58,992 bases of DNA, taken from assembly GCA_964567595.1 (NCBI GenBank), contig CAZMNF010000007.1:1-58992 (forward strand), written 5' to 3'. The position numbers and the translations under genes are program-made. The notes under the pieces are model-generated. The model was not told the origin of the DNA, searched no databases, and was given only the letters and a program-made list of their open reading frames with translations. The DNA is from an uncultured Thermotogae bacterium. Lineage in GTDB: Bacteria; Bipolaricaulota; Bipolaricaulia; RBG-16-55-9. Below, one piece after another: positions 36,095 through 45,629 of this stretch; positions within the stretch are counted from its first letter, which is position 1; every line of letters begins with the position of its first letter.

Positions 36095-37033
36095 TCAGAG
36101 CACGAACAACGACCCCATGAGCGCGCCCATGTAGGCGATGGAATAGAAGAAGACGCGGCGGGCCTGGGCATCCACCATGTCGGTCGTCGCCGAATCCGTC
36201 CGCCAGAGGCGCAGCGCCATGGCGACAAAGCCGCTCCCGAGCAAAACCGCGACGAGGCCGTAACCCCAGTCGACGGGGCCGAACGGGATCAAGAGCAGCG
36301 AGGTCGGCAGCAGGGCCAGCGTGTAGATCAGGATCTGCCGTTGCGTGATGCGATTGCCGTGGACGACGGGGAGGACCTTGAAGCCGGCGCGTCGATACTC
36401 GGCCTGTTTGTAGAGCGCCAGCGCCCAGAAGTGCGGCGGCTGCCACAGGAACAGAATGGCGAAAAGCGCCAGGGCGCCCGCGTCCAGTTGGCCCGTCACG
36501 GCGACCCAGCCGATCACCGGCGGAATTGCGCCCGGCACGCCGCCCACGACGGTGCACAACGGCGAGGTCCGCTTGAGCCACGCCGTGTAGATGCCCACGT
36601 ACGAGATCATCCCGACCAGCGCCAGGAGCGCGCTGAGCGGGTTGACGAGCAAGCCCAGCGTCGCCAGCGCCGCGGCGGCCAGGATGCTGCCGAAGGCGCC
36701 GGCTTCCGCAGGCCGGAGTCGGCCCGTCGGCAACGGTCGCGTGGCCGTCCGTTCCATCAGCATGTCCAAGTCGCGGTCGAGGATGTTGTTGAACACCGCG
36801 GCCGAGCTCGTGGCGAGTGCGGTCCCCACGAGCGCAGACGCCAGGGTGGCGAACGCGGGCATCCCGCCGGCGGCCAGCCAGAGGCCGGCCAGCGACGTGA
36901 ACACCATCAGACCCGTGATGCCGGGCTTGGTCAACTCGACGTAGTCGGCGATGATGCGGCGCGCTGATGCCGCGGCCGGAAGGGCCTGCATCAGCGCGCC
37001 GCCTTTCTCAATGGGGGCATCGATTCTCTCCAT
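36095..37033 (-). CDS. ctaB: Heme o synthase (protoheme IX farnesyltransferase)
   Basis: LTKP.I, N...DRD.D..M.RT..RP, YT..LKR and WQPPHFWAL motifs. Alternative start 36991. Confidence 0.95.
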   Translation of the reverse strand: MERIDAPIEKGGALMQALPAAASARRIIADYVELTKPGITGLMVFTSLAGLWLAAGGMPAFATLASALVGTALATSSAAVFNNILDRDLDMLMERTATRPLPTGRLRPAEAGAFGSILAAAALATLGLLVNPLSALLALVGMISYVGIYTAWLKRTSPLCTVVGGVPGAIPPVIGWVAVTGQLDAGALALFAILFLWQPPHFWALALYKQAEYRRAGFKVLPVVHGNRITQRQILIYTLALLPTSLLLIPFGPVDWGYGLVAVLLGSGFVAMALRLWRTDSATTDMVDAQARRVFFYSIAYMGALMGSLFVL

Positions 37034-37044
37034 TGACGCGAGCG

Positions 37045-37773
37045 TCAGTTGTCGCCGTCGTCCTCGGACGTCGACTCGGACAGACTCTTGATGTAGGCGA
37101 TCAACGCCTGCAGTTGTTCTTCGCTGATCTGGGATTCGTCGTACGGCTGCATGACGTTGGCCGGATACCCTTCGTGGATCTGGTCGTTCGGGTTGCGAAT
37201 CGAGTTCCGCACGTAATCCTCGTCGTAAGCGACCGTCTCGCCGCTTTCTAGGGCAACGTCCGTGCCGTAGGCGTCCTTCCAGGTGGGCCCGACCATCTGG
37301 GAGCCGTCGGGACTGTGGCAGCCGAGGCAGCCGTTGTTCTGCGCCACCATCTGACCGCGCTCGACGAGGCTCACCTCATCCTCGGACGCCTCGTCGCCTT
37401 GCTGATCGTCAGCCTGTTCCTCCGACGCCCCTTCTGATTGGGCTTGTTCGTCCTCTTGCTCGCCCATGTCCGTTCCGTCGGCCATTTCGTCCTGTTCCTC
37501 GTCCGACGGCGCTTCCTCTTCTTGGGTGTCCGATTCTTGAGTGTCCGATGCCTCGGGCTCTTGTTGGTCGGTCGCTTGGGCCGTCTCGTCGCTCCCTTGA
37601 TCTTGGGATTGCTGGTTCTGTTCGGACGCTGTCTCCTCCTCGCCCTCCTCGACCAGGGGTTGATCGGCGTCGCCGCCGCAGCCGGCCAGGCCGACGACGA
37701 GGCCGAATGACAGGAGCAGCGTCAAGGCAAGCATGGGAACCCGGAGCTTCGGCTCGAGCGCTCGAGCGAGCAC
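37045..37773 (-). CDS. Lipoprotein cytochrome c with long acidic linker
   Basis: Lipobox LAGC, ~100-aa D/E/Q-rich linker, CLGCH heme motif and axial Met. GTG start at 37773 after AGGAGG. Confidence 0.85.
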   Translation of the reverse strand: MLARALEPKLRVPMLALTLLLSFGLVVGLAGCGGDADQPLVEEGEEETASEQNQQSQDQGSDETAQATDQQEPEASDTQESDTQEEEAPSDEEQDEMADGTDMGEQEDEQAQSEGASEEQADDQQGDEASEDEVSLVERGQMVAQNNGCLGCHSPDGSQMVGPTWKDAYGTDVALESGETVAYDEDYVRNSIRNPNDQIHEGYPANVMQPYDESQISEEQLQALIAYIKSLSESTSEDDGDN

Positions 37774-38039
37774 TAGTCCCCCTCCTTTCGGGTCGACGTG
37801 CCGTTCTGATGGGGGTCGTGCGGTTCCGATCGTTGCTGTTGGCGGTAGGCTCGGTAGATGCGATAGACGATCAAGCCGATCACCAGGTACGGGATCGGCA
37901 TGATGATGTAGAGTCCCCACGCCGTTGGGCCGAGCAAGTCGCTCAGCCCTTCGCGCAGCGTGTGGAACGCACCGGCCGATGGGCTCAGGACGACGATCGT
38001 CCAGGCCGTTAATGCAAGAATCCAACGCAAGCGTCGCAT
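37773..38039 (-). CDS. Small membrane protein in the oxidase operon
   Basis: Two hydrophobic segments; AAGGAG RBS; stop overlaps the next start. Confidence 0.65.
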   Translation of the reverse strand: MRRLRWILALTAWTIVVLSPSAGAFHTLREGLSDLLGPTAWGLYIIMPIPYLVIGLIVYRIYRAYRQQQRSEPHDPHQNGTSTRKEGD

Positions 38040-38053
38040 CGAGGCTCGTCTCC

Positions 38054-38404
38054 TTACGGGCTTTCGACAAAGATCTCCCGAAGCCCGAAGATGTATTGGC
38101 CTTCGGCGGCCAGAATACCGGCCAGTGCCAGCAGGAGCAACGGTGGCACTAAAATAGCTAGAATTAAGCTTAGCCTCTCAAATTTGACGTGCATGAAATA
38201 CGCCATAATAGTTCCAGCTTTGATCAGACTGAACGTCGTGGCTAGGAACCGTTTGAGCGCCACGTTCATCTCCGCAATGTCGCTGAAGTAAAGCACCGCG
38301 CTCAACACGAACAGCAAGCCCCAGACTTTCAGGTACGTGTTGATGGGCGGATGCTTGTGCTCGTCGTTATGTGATGCCGTTGCTGTCCCATGAGCCATCG
38401 TCAA
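38054..38404 (-). CDS. Cytochrome c oxidase subunit IV
   Basis: YL.VW..LF.LS and KA..I..YFMH.KFE motifs. Confidence 0.87.
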   Translation of the reverse strand: MTMAHGTATASHNDEHKHPPINTYLKVWGLLFVLSAVLYFSDIAEMNVALKRFLATTFSLIKAGTIMAYFMHVKFERLSLILAILVPPLLLLALAGILAAEGQYIFGLREIFVESP

Positions 38405-39115
38405 TCACCAGAGATAGAAGAAGTTGAAGATGAACACCCAGACGAGGTCGACGAAGTGCCAATACAGCCCGGCGATCTCCACGCGCTCGTAGTTGCCCGT
38501 TCGATCGTAGACGCCGCGGGCAGCCTGTGACGCAACGATCGCCAGGTAGATGACCCCGATGGTGACGTGGAGGCCGTGAAAGCCCGTCAGCATGAAGAAC
38601 GACGCCCCGAACTGATTGGCGCCCATGGGCGTCTCCCACGGCCGAATGCCCTCCACGAAAATCAGCCCCGCCCACTCGAACGCCTGCATCAGCACGAAGG
38701 TACTGCCGATAAGCACGGTGATGATGACGAACAGGGCCGATTTGGCTCGCTCGCGCCGATGGGCGTAGTTGACGGCGATCGCCATGGTGCCGCTGCTGCT
38801 GATCAGGATGAACGTCATGATGGCGATCAAGACGAGTGGCACGTTGGCGCCGAAGACGTGGAGCGCGAAGACCTCGCTCGTGTCCGGCCATTCGGCGGTC
38901 GTTGTGATTCGGGCGGCGAGGTAGCCGACCAGGAAGCAGCCGAAGACGAAGGCGTCGCTGACGAGGAAGATCCACATCATCGCCTTGCCCCAGCTCACCT
39001 GGAACATGCGCCGGTCGACGATCAGGTCGTGGAAGAGCTCGCGCAGGCGAGGTGGCAGCAAGTTCCCTTGACGCTCGCGTTGCTCCATGGCCTCGGACTG
39101 GGTCTCTCGATCCAT
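38405..39115 (-). CDS. Heme-copper oxidase subunit III (CoxP-like)
   Basis: WGK.MMWIFL.SD, TGFHGLHV and GLYWHFVD motifs. Confidence 0.92.
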   Translation of the reverse strand: MDRETQSEAMEQRERQGNLLPPRLRELFHDLIVDRRMFQVSWGKAMMWIFLVSDAFVFGCFLVGYLAARITTTAEWPDTSEVFALHVFGANVPLVLIAIMTFILISSSGTMAIAVNYAHRRERAKSALFVIITVLIGSTFVLMQAFEWAGLIFVEGIRPWETPMGANQFGASFFMLTGFHGLHVTIGVIYLAIVASQAARGVYDRTGNYERVEIAGLYWHFVDLVWVFIFNFFYLW

Positions 39116-39142
39116 CCGCTAGGGTCCCCCGTTTCGTCGGTG

Positions 39143-39820
39143 TTAGGTCGTTAACGTCATCAATGCAAACATGACGAGCCAGATGCCGAGCAGGAAGTGC
39201 CAATAGAACGCACAGAGCTCGATCCGCAGGCTGGTCTGCGCCGGGTTCGTGGTCTCCCGTCGTGCGCGTCGCTCCGTCCAGAGCCAGGCGAACAGGCCGC
39301 CCAGCAGGTGAACGCCATGGATGGCCGTGATGACGTAGAAGAACCCGGCCGACGGGTTGCCTGTCAGGCTGATGCCGAGTTGCTCGAGCCGCAGCCAGGC
39401 GGCCAGCTGGCCGACCATGAACAGCGCGCCCAGGGCGCCGGCCGTGTAGAACCACCGCCGAACCGGTGCCCACGACGCCGCGTTGCGGCGAGCATGCGAC
39501 GACGCGAGCTGGATCGCCACGCTGCTGGCGATCAGGACGCCGGTGTTGAGCCAGAGCGTCCAGGGCGTCGGGACCGAGCCCCAGTCGGGCCAGCCCATGC
39601 GGACGACGTAGGCGCTCGTCAGTGCGGAGAAGATCAGCGTTGGCGCCACCAGGAAGATCCACAGGGTGAGCTTCGCCGTCGGGATCGGCAGCGCGCCGCC
39701 GCCCGACGGGCCTCGCCCGTCGTTGTCGCCGTAGCCGATGCCGTTGCCGTTGTGCCCGTCGCCGTGGCCATTCTGGCCATTGATGTGTTGCGATCGGGGT
39801 TCCTGGAGCTTGGGGCTCAT
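39143..39820 (-). CDS. Heme-copper oxidase subunit III (CoxO-like)
   Basis: LNT..LI.SS, FY.IT..HG.H and YWHFL motifs. Confidence 0.9.
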   Translation of the reverse strand: MSPKLQEPRSQHINGQNGHGDGHNGNGIGYGDNDGRGPSGGGALPIPTAKLTLWIFLVAPTLIFSALTSAYVVRMGWPDWGSVPTPWTLWLNTGVLIASSVAIQLASSHARRNAASWAPVRRWFYTAGALGALFMVGQLAAWLRLEQLGISLTGNPSAGFFYVITAIHGVHLLGGLFAWLWTERRARRETTNPAQTSLRIELCAFYWHFLLGIWLVMFALMTLTT

Positions 39821-41649
39821 GCGGCTCTCCCTTCGTCGGGCGCTCCGTTGGCCGAGCCGTCGGCGCCGGACGCGCCGTCGTGGCCGTCCTCACCCAGCGC
39901 CTCGTGCGTCTCCACGCCTGCGGGAACGCCGACCGGCGCCACGTTCTGCGGCACGTAGTCATCGTCGGCTCCGGGCACGCTGTAGTCATAGGCCCAGCGA
40001 TGGACGACCGGGAGTCTCGGCCCCCAGTTGCCGTGCTGGGGCGGCGTCTCGGGCGTCTGCCACTCCATCGTGGTGGCCTTCCAGGGGTTTTCGCTCGCCC
40101 TCTTGCCCTTGAAGACGCTCCAGATCAGGTTGCCCAGGAAGACGAACTGGACCGCACCGACGGCCAGCGCTGCGATCGTGATGAACTCGTTGAGCCCGGC
40201 GGCCTCAGCGGGGGCGTTCTGGATCCTGTCGAACGCGAAGTAACGGCGCGGCACGCCCATAAAGCCGAGATAGTGCATGGGGAAGAAGATGGCGTAGGTG
40301 CCCACGAATGTCACCCAGAAGTGGGCCTTCCCGAGCGTCGCGTTCATGAACCGGCCGGTGATTTTGGGGAACCAGTGATAGATCCCGCCGAAGATCGCCA
40401 AGATCACCGACACGCCCATCACCAAGTGGAAGTGGGCCACGATGAAGTAGGTGTCGCTCAAGGGGATGTCGACGGTGACGTTGCCCAGCCAGAGCCCCGT
40501 CAGACCGCCGATGATGAACGTGCTGACGAACCCGATGGCGAAGTACATCGGCGTCGTCAACCGAATGTCGCCGCGCCACAGGGTCAAAATCCAGTTATAG
40601 ACCTTCAAGGCCGTCGGTATGGCGATGATCACTGTCGTGGTCGCGAAGAAGAAGCCGAAGTAGGGATTCATCCCGCTGACGAACATGTGGTGGGCCCAGA
40701 CGAGGAAGCTGATAATGCCGATGGCCAGAATGGCCCAGACCATCATGCGGAAGCCGAAGACAGGCTTGCGCGCGTGCGTGCTGATGAGGTCGGAAATGAT
40801 GCCGAAGGCCGGAATCGCCACGATGTAGACCTCCGGATGTCCGAAGTACCAGAACAGGTGCTGCCACAACAGCGGGCTGCCGCCGGAGTAGTCGAGCTGT
40901 TGGCCGAGCTGGTTCATGGTGGGCATGAAGAAGCTGGTGCCCGCGACCTTGTCCAGAAGCAGCATGACGCCGCCGACAAACAACGGCGGGAACGCGAACA
41001 GCGCCAGCGCCGCCGCGAAGAAGATCCCCCAGACCGTCAGCGGAAGCCGCATCATCGTCATGCCGCGGCTGCGCAGCTGCAGCGTCGTGACGACGTAGTT
41101 GAGACCGCCCATCGTGGCGGCAGCGATGAAGATCACGAGCGACACGAGCATCAGGATGATGCCCCAGTCGGCCCCGGGCGTTCCCCCCGTGATCGCCTGG
41201 GGCGGATAGAGCGTCCACCCCGCGCCCGTCGGCCCGCCCGGCACGAAGAAGCTGGCCAACAGCACCACGACGGACAGGAAGTACGTCCAGTAGCTGAGCA
41301 TGTTCACGAACGGATACGCCATGTCGCGGGCGCCGATCATGAGCGGAATGAGATAGTTGCCGAACCCGCCCAGGAGGATCGCCGTGAGCAGGTAGACGAT
41401 CATGATCATGCCGTGCATGGTGATCGCCTGGTAGTAGGAGCCGGGATTGATGAACTCGAACTGCCCGGGATAACCCAGCTGAAGACGAATGACGCCTGAC
41501 AACGCCAAGCCGATGAACCCGACGAAGATGGCGGTGATGCTGTACTGGATGGCGATGATCTTGTGATCCTGGCTGAAGATCCAACGGGTCCAGAAGCTCT
41601 GCGGCTCGTGGGCGTGGGCGTCGTCTACCGCGTGCTCGTGCGCGTCCAT
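39817..41649 (-). CDS. ctaD: Cytochrome c oxidase subunit I, A1 type (CoxN-like)
   Basis: DHK, TMHG, GARDM, W.FGHPEVY, WAHHM, AHFH and PRR motifs. Start 41649 (AGGGGG RBS) or 41670. Confidence 0.96.
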   Translation of the reverse strand: MDAHEHAVDDAHAHEPQSFWTRWIFSQDHKIIAIQYSITAIFVGFIGLALSGVIRLQLGYPGQFEFINPGSYYQAITMHGMIMIVYLLTAILLGGFGNYLIPLMIGARDMAYPFVNMLSYWTYFLSVVVLLASFFVPGGPTGAGWTLYPPQAITGGTPGADWGIILMLVSLVIFIAAATMGGLNYVVTTLQLRSRGMTMMRLPLTVWGIFFAAALALFAFPPLFVGGVMLLLDKVAGTSFFMPTMNQLGQQLDYSGGSPLLWQHLFWYFGHPEVYIVAIPAFGIISDLISTHARKPVFGFRMMVWAILAIGIISFLVWAHHMFVSGMNPYFGFFFATTTVIIAIPTALKVYNWILTLWRGDIRLTTPMYFAIGFVSTFIIGGLTGLWLGNVTVDIPLSDTYFIVAHFHLVMGVSVILAIFGGIYHWFPKITGRFMNATLGKAHFWVTFVGTYAIFFPMHYLGFMGVPRRYFAFDRIQNAPAEAAGLNEFITIAALAVGAVQFVFLGNLIWSVFKGKRASENPWKATTMEWQTPETPPQHGNWGPRLPVVHRWAYDYSVPGADDDYVPQNVAPVGVPAGVETHEALGEDGHDGASGADGSANGAPDEGRAA

Positions 41650-41683
41650 TCCGTTCCCCCTTGTCTCCATGCGTGAATCGGGC

Positions 41684-42856
41684 TCATTCGTCAGATGCCT
41701 CCGCTGACGCCTCGGACAGGCTCTTGATGTATTCGACGAGATCCTGGAGTTCCTCGTCGCTGATCTGGGATTCGTCGTAGGGCTGCATGATGTTGGCTTG
41801 GTAGCCTTCGTGGATCTGGGCGTTCGGATTGCGGACGGAGTTCCGGAGGTACGCCTCATCGGCCGTGACGGTCTCGCCACTGGCTAAGGGCACCTCGCTG
41901 CCGTGCAGGCCCTGCCAAGTTGGGCCCGTCATTGACGAGCCGTCGGTGCTGTGACAGCCCAAACAGCCGTTGGTCTGGGCAATCATCTGGCCGCGCTCGA
42001 TGGCCGTCTGTGGCTCGTCCTCGGCCGTCTCGCCCTCCGTGGCGGACTCCTCATCGGTCGCTTCACCCGAGGAACGCCCGGCCAGTGTCGGCTGGCCGGC
42101 CAGCCACTGCTCGAACGCCGCCCGGTCCTCGACAACGACCTCGCCCGTCATGGTGTAGTGCGCGCGGCCGCAGTACTCGGCACAGAGCAGGTCGTAAGTC
42201 CCCGCTTCGGTCGGCGTAAACCAAGTATTGGTGAGCATGCCGGGGACCGCGTCCATCTTGACGCGGAAGTTGGGCACGTAGAAGCTGTGCAGCACGTCCT
42301 TGGAGCGGATCTGCAAGTTGATCGGGACGCCGACGGGCAGATGAACCGAGGACCCGCGCACCAACACGTCGTCGTCGCCGGCCGGATCGTCCGGATCAAT
42401 TCCGTAGGGATTCTGTGGCCCAATCAGCTCGGGATTCGTCGCGCCGAGTTCGCCGTCCTCGCCGGCAAACCGGTAGTCCCAGCCCCACTGATAGCCGATG
42501 ACCTCCATGTTCATGGCGTCGGAGGGGGCGCTGATCAGGTCCTCGTAGACGAACATGCCGGGCGCCAACAGCACGATGATGCCGAGGGCGGTGATCCCGG
42601 CGAGCGTCTTTTCGAGACGGGGCTTTTCCGGCATGTACTCCGCTTCGCTCTGTTGGCGGTGGCGATAACGGACGATGACGTAAGCCAAAAAGAGGTTGAC
42701 CACGACGAAGGCGATTCCCGTCACAATAAACGTGACATTGGTGGAGAGGTCGATGGCTCCCCAGTTGGAGGCCAACGGCGTGAAGGTCCATGGGCTGAGG
42801 AAGGTGAACGCGACGGAGGCGATCACGATGAGGACGATCGTCAGGGCAATGATCAT
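41684..42856 (-). CDS. ctaC: Cytochrome c oxidase subunit II with fused cytochrome c
   Basis: QW.W, DVLHSF, CuA motif CAEYCGRAHYTM and C-terminal CLGCH; AAGGAG RBS. Confidence 0.95.
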   Translation of the reverse strand: MIIALTIVLIVIASVAFTFLSPWTFTPLASNWGAIDLSTNVTFIVTGIAFVVVNLFLAYVIVRYRHRQQSEAEYMPEKPRLEKTLAGITALGIIVLLAPGMFVYEDLISAPSDAMNMEVIGYQWGWDYRFAGEDGELGATNPELIGPQNPYGIDPDDPAGDDDVLVRGSSVHLPVGVPINLQIRSKDVLHSFYVPNFRVKMDAVPGMLTNTWFTPTEAGTYDLLCAEYCGRAHYTMTGEVVVEDRAAFEQWLAGQPTLAGRSSGEATDEESATEGETAEDEPQTAIERGQMIAQTNGCLGCHSTDGSSMTGPTWQGLHGSEVPLASGETVTADEAYLRNSVRNPNAQIHEGYQANIMQPYDESQISDEELQDLVEYIKSLSEASAEASDE

Positions 42857-42894
42857 CTAACTTCCGCTCCTTCGCAGAGGTCGGCGCATGCAAC

Positions 42895-42913
42895 GATTCT
42901 CATTACTATTATC
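42895..42913 (-). promoter_or_regulatory. Fur-box-like site upstream of the oxidase operon
   Basis: Minus-strand GATAATAGTAATGAGAATC matches GATAATGATAATCATTATC at 14/19 positions. Confidence 0.5.
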
Positions 42914-43022
42914 AAAATCGGCGCCCCCCCTCAATGACCTAAATCAATGTCGCTGGCCGGTGGCTATGGGACAGCGAATCGTTGTTCAGAGACAGCGCTC
43001 GATAACGACGAACGGGGCGGAT

Positions 43023-45497
43023 TCAATCCCCGTGCCCCGATGGGCTCTCGCTCGCTTCGTTGCTTTCGCTCTCCTCCGCTTCGCGAAGCCGTTCGGCGAT
43101 CTCGCCCAGTTCGGCGTCCACTTGCGCGTAGATCGTGCCGTCGTCGAATCGGCCCGCCTCGGCGTTCCAGGTCCCGGCCGTCTGTCCCGTGAGAATCTCA
43201 AGGGCCTCCTCGATGGTTGCCACCGACCAGACGTGGAACTGCCCCGCTTCCACGGCTTCCCGGACGTCGGCGGCGAGCATGAGATGGCCCACGTTGGCCT
43301 CGGGAACCACGACGCCCTGCTGGCCCGTGAGCCCCTGGACCTTGCAGAGTTTGTAGAACCCTTCGATCTTCTCGTTGACCCCGCCGATCGGCTGGATCTG
43401 GCCCTTCTGGTTGACCGAGCCCGTGATGGCGATCCCCTGACGGATGGGGACGCCCGCGAGCTCGGAAACGAGCGCGATGAGCTCGGCGGCCGAGGCGCTA
43501 TCCCCGTCGATCATTCCGTAGCTCTGCTCGAACGTCAGGCTGGCGGAGAGCGAGAGCGGCCGCTCCCGGGCGAACTGATCGCCGAGCCAGCTCTTGAGGA
43601 TCAGCAGGCCTTTGGTGTGGATTTTGCCGGAGAGGTCTGCCTCACGCTCGATGTCGGTCACGCCGTCCCTGCCGGTGTGGACGGTCGCCGTGATGCGCGT
43701 TGGCCGCCCGAACTGATGATCGCCCGTGCTCAACACGCTCAGCCCGTTGATCTGCCCCGTGGTGGTGCCCTCGGTGTCGACGAAGATCTCGCCGCGGGCG
43801 ATCATCTCGCGCAGCTTGTCTTCAAGCAGGTTGTGACGGAAGTCGCGGGCCTCGATGGCGGATTGGACGTGATCGCGGGTGATGATCTCGTCCTCGGCCT
43901 CGCGCGCGCGGAAGCTTGCCTCGTCGACAATCGTCATGAGGTCGCTGAAGCACGCGGAGAGCTTGCTCTGATCGTCGGCGCACTCGCTGGCGTACTCCAC
44001 CAGCCTCGACGTGCCGGTCGGATCAAAGGGCAGCAGGTACGGATCCTCGTCACAACGGGCGCGCAGGAACCGAGCAAACTGGCGCTCGGCCTCGTCGGTG
44101 CGATCCATGTCGTTGTCGAACTCGCTCTTGATCGAGAACAGCTTGCGGAAGTCCTCGTCGTAGGCTTGGAGCAAGTCGTAGATGTAGCGGTTGCCGATGA
44201 TGACGAACTTGACGTCGAGCGGCAGCGCCTCCGGCTTGAGGCCCTCGGCGGCGCCGTAGCCGAGCATGTTGGCCACATCTTCGATTTCGATCTCCTTACG
44301 GCGCAACGCGACTTTGATCGCGTGCCAACTCATGGGCGAACGGAGCAGATTCTCCGCGTTCAGGATCAGATACCCCCCGTTCGCCTCGTGGATCGATCCG
44401 GGCCGGATCATCATGAAGTCGGTCGTGACCGCGCCCATCTGCATGCGGCGCTCCACCCGGCCGAACAGATTGGGATACGTGGCGTTCTCCTGGATGACGA
44501 CCGGTGCGCCGTGGGTCTCGCTATGGTCGACGACCACGTTGACGTCGTACTTGCGGAAGGGATCGTCCTGTTGGGCAGCGCCGCCACCGCCCATCATCTG
44601 TTGGACCATTTGGGGCATGTTCCCCTGGCCTCCGCCGCTTCCTCCTTGGTTGAGGAAGATGTCGACGTTGTGGATCAGGTCTTCCAGAACCTCGTCGAGG
44701 TACGCCATCGTCCGGTCGTTGGCGCCGTAGCGCTCCTTCAGGTTCTGAATGCGCGGTGTAATCACGAACGAGGCCACCTCGCGGTTGAGCTCGTCGACGG
44801 CTTCGGCGCGCTCCTCAGCGACCTTGCTGGCCTGGCGCATGTCGCGCTGGATAATCTCCTGGAGTTCCTCCTGGCGCTCGCGCAGCTCGCGCTGGGTCTG
44901 TTCATCGAGCTCTTGGAACTGCTCGCGCGTCATCGGCTCGCTGTCCTCGTTGAGCGGGATCGTCTGGATGCCGATCTGGGTCTGCTGCAGTTGGAAGCCG
45001 CGCGACGCCGCCTCTTGTTGCCAGCGCTCGTACATCGCCTGTTCGCGCTCCTTGTACTGCTCGTCGACCTGCTCGCGCCGCTCTTGATACTCGTCGCTCT
45101 CGAACGCCTTCGGCAGGTCGTCCTTGAGGCTGTCAATCAGTCGCTCCATGTCGGCCTTCAGCTGACGGCCTTGCCCCGCGGGCAGCGGCAGATAACGCGG
45201 CCGGTAGGGATCGGCAAAGTTGTGGACGTAGCAGATGTCAGGCGGCTGCTCTTGATCGGCGCTCACGTCCTCGACGAAGCGCTGCACGGCGGATAGTTTC
45301 CCGGTGCCCGGGTCGCCGGCGACGAAGATGTTGTAGCGGTTGCGGGCGTTCTTCAGCTTCAACCCCGTCTCGAGCGCCCTGACGGCTCGCTCCTGGCCGA
45401 TGACGCCGCTGAGCGGCTCGACGTCCTGGGTCGTCTCGAACTGAAAGACGCTGGGATCGCACGGCTGATACAGCTGATCGCTCGACAGTTCAGGCAT
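43023..45497 (-). CDS. Lon-like protease (LonC/LonB-like, S16) with coiled-coil insertion
   Basis: VIGQERA, GDPGTGK, ANGGYL, GQINGL, catalytic GDSAS and GGVNEKIEG; GGAGG RBS. Confidence 0.92.
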   Translation of the reverse strand: MPELSSDQLYQPCDPSVFQFETTQDVEPLSGVIGQERAVRALETGLKLKNARNRYNIFVAGDPGTGKLSAVQRFVEDVSADQEQPPDICYVHNFADPYRPRYLPLPAGQGRQLKADMERLIDSLKDDLPKAFESDEYQERREQVDEQYKEREQAMYERWQQEAASRGFQLQQTQIGIQTIPLNEDSEPMTREQFQELDEQTQRELRERQEELQEIIQRDMRQASKVAEERAEAVDELNREVASFVITPRIQNLKERYGANDRTMAYLDEVLEDLIHNVDIFLNQGGSGGGQGNMPQMVQQMMGGGGAAQQDDPFRKYDVNVVVDHSETHGAPVVIQENATYPNLFGRVERRMQMGAVTTDFMMIRPGSIHEANGGYLILNAENLLRSPMSWHAIKVALRRKEIEIEDVANMLGYGAAEGLKPEALPLDVKFVIIGNRYIYDLLQAYDEDFRKLFSIKSEFDNDMDRTDEAERQFARFLRARCDEDPYLLPFDPTGTSRLVEYASECADDQSKLSACFSDLMTIVDEASFRAREAEDEIITRDHVQSAIEARDFRHNLLEDKLREMIARGEIFVDTEGTTTGQINGLSVLSTGDHQFGRPTRITATVHTGRDGVTDIEREADLSGKIHTKGLLILKSWLGDQFARERPLSLSASLTFEQSYGMIDGDSASAAELIALVSELAGVPIRQGIAITGSVNQKGQIQPIGGVNEKIEGFYKLCKVQGLTGQQGVVVPEANVGHLMLAADVREAVEAGQFHVWSVATIEEALEILTGQTAGTWNAEAGRFDDGTIYAQVDAELGEIAERLREAEESESNEASESPSGHGD

Positions 45498-45570
45498 GCC
45501 GACGCCTCCCTGGCTGACCCCTTGATCGAATAGACCGACGCGCGTCGGATCCCGACGCCACTCAGGGGCG

Positions 45571-45612
45571 ATAGATCAATCTATTCTAGACAAGCCGTCT
45601 CGAGCCGAGCAA
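45571..45612 (-). promoter_or_regulatory. Candidate lon promoter with palindromic operator
   Basis: Minus-strand TTGCTC-N18-TAGAAT; palindrome ATAGAT-CA-ATCTAT (45571-45584) overlaps the -10/+1 region. Confidence 0.45.
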
Positions 45613-45629
45613 GCGAGCCGGAAGTGGCG

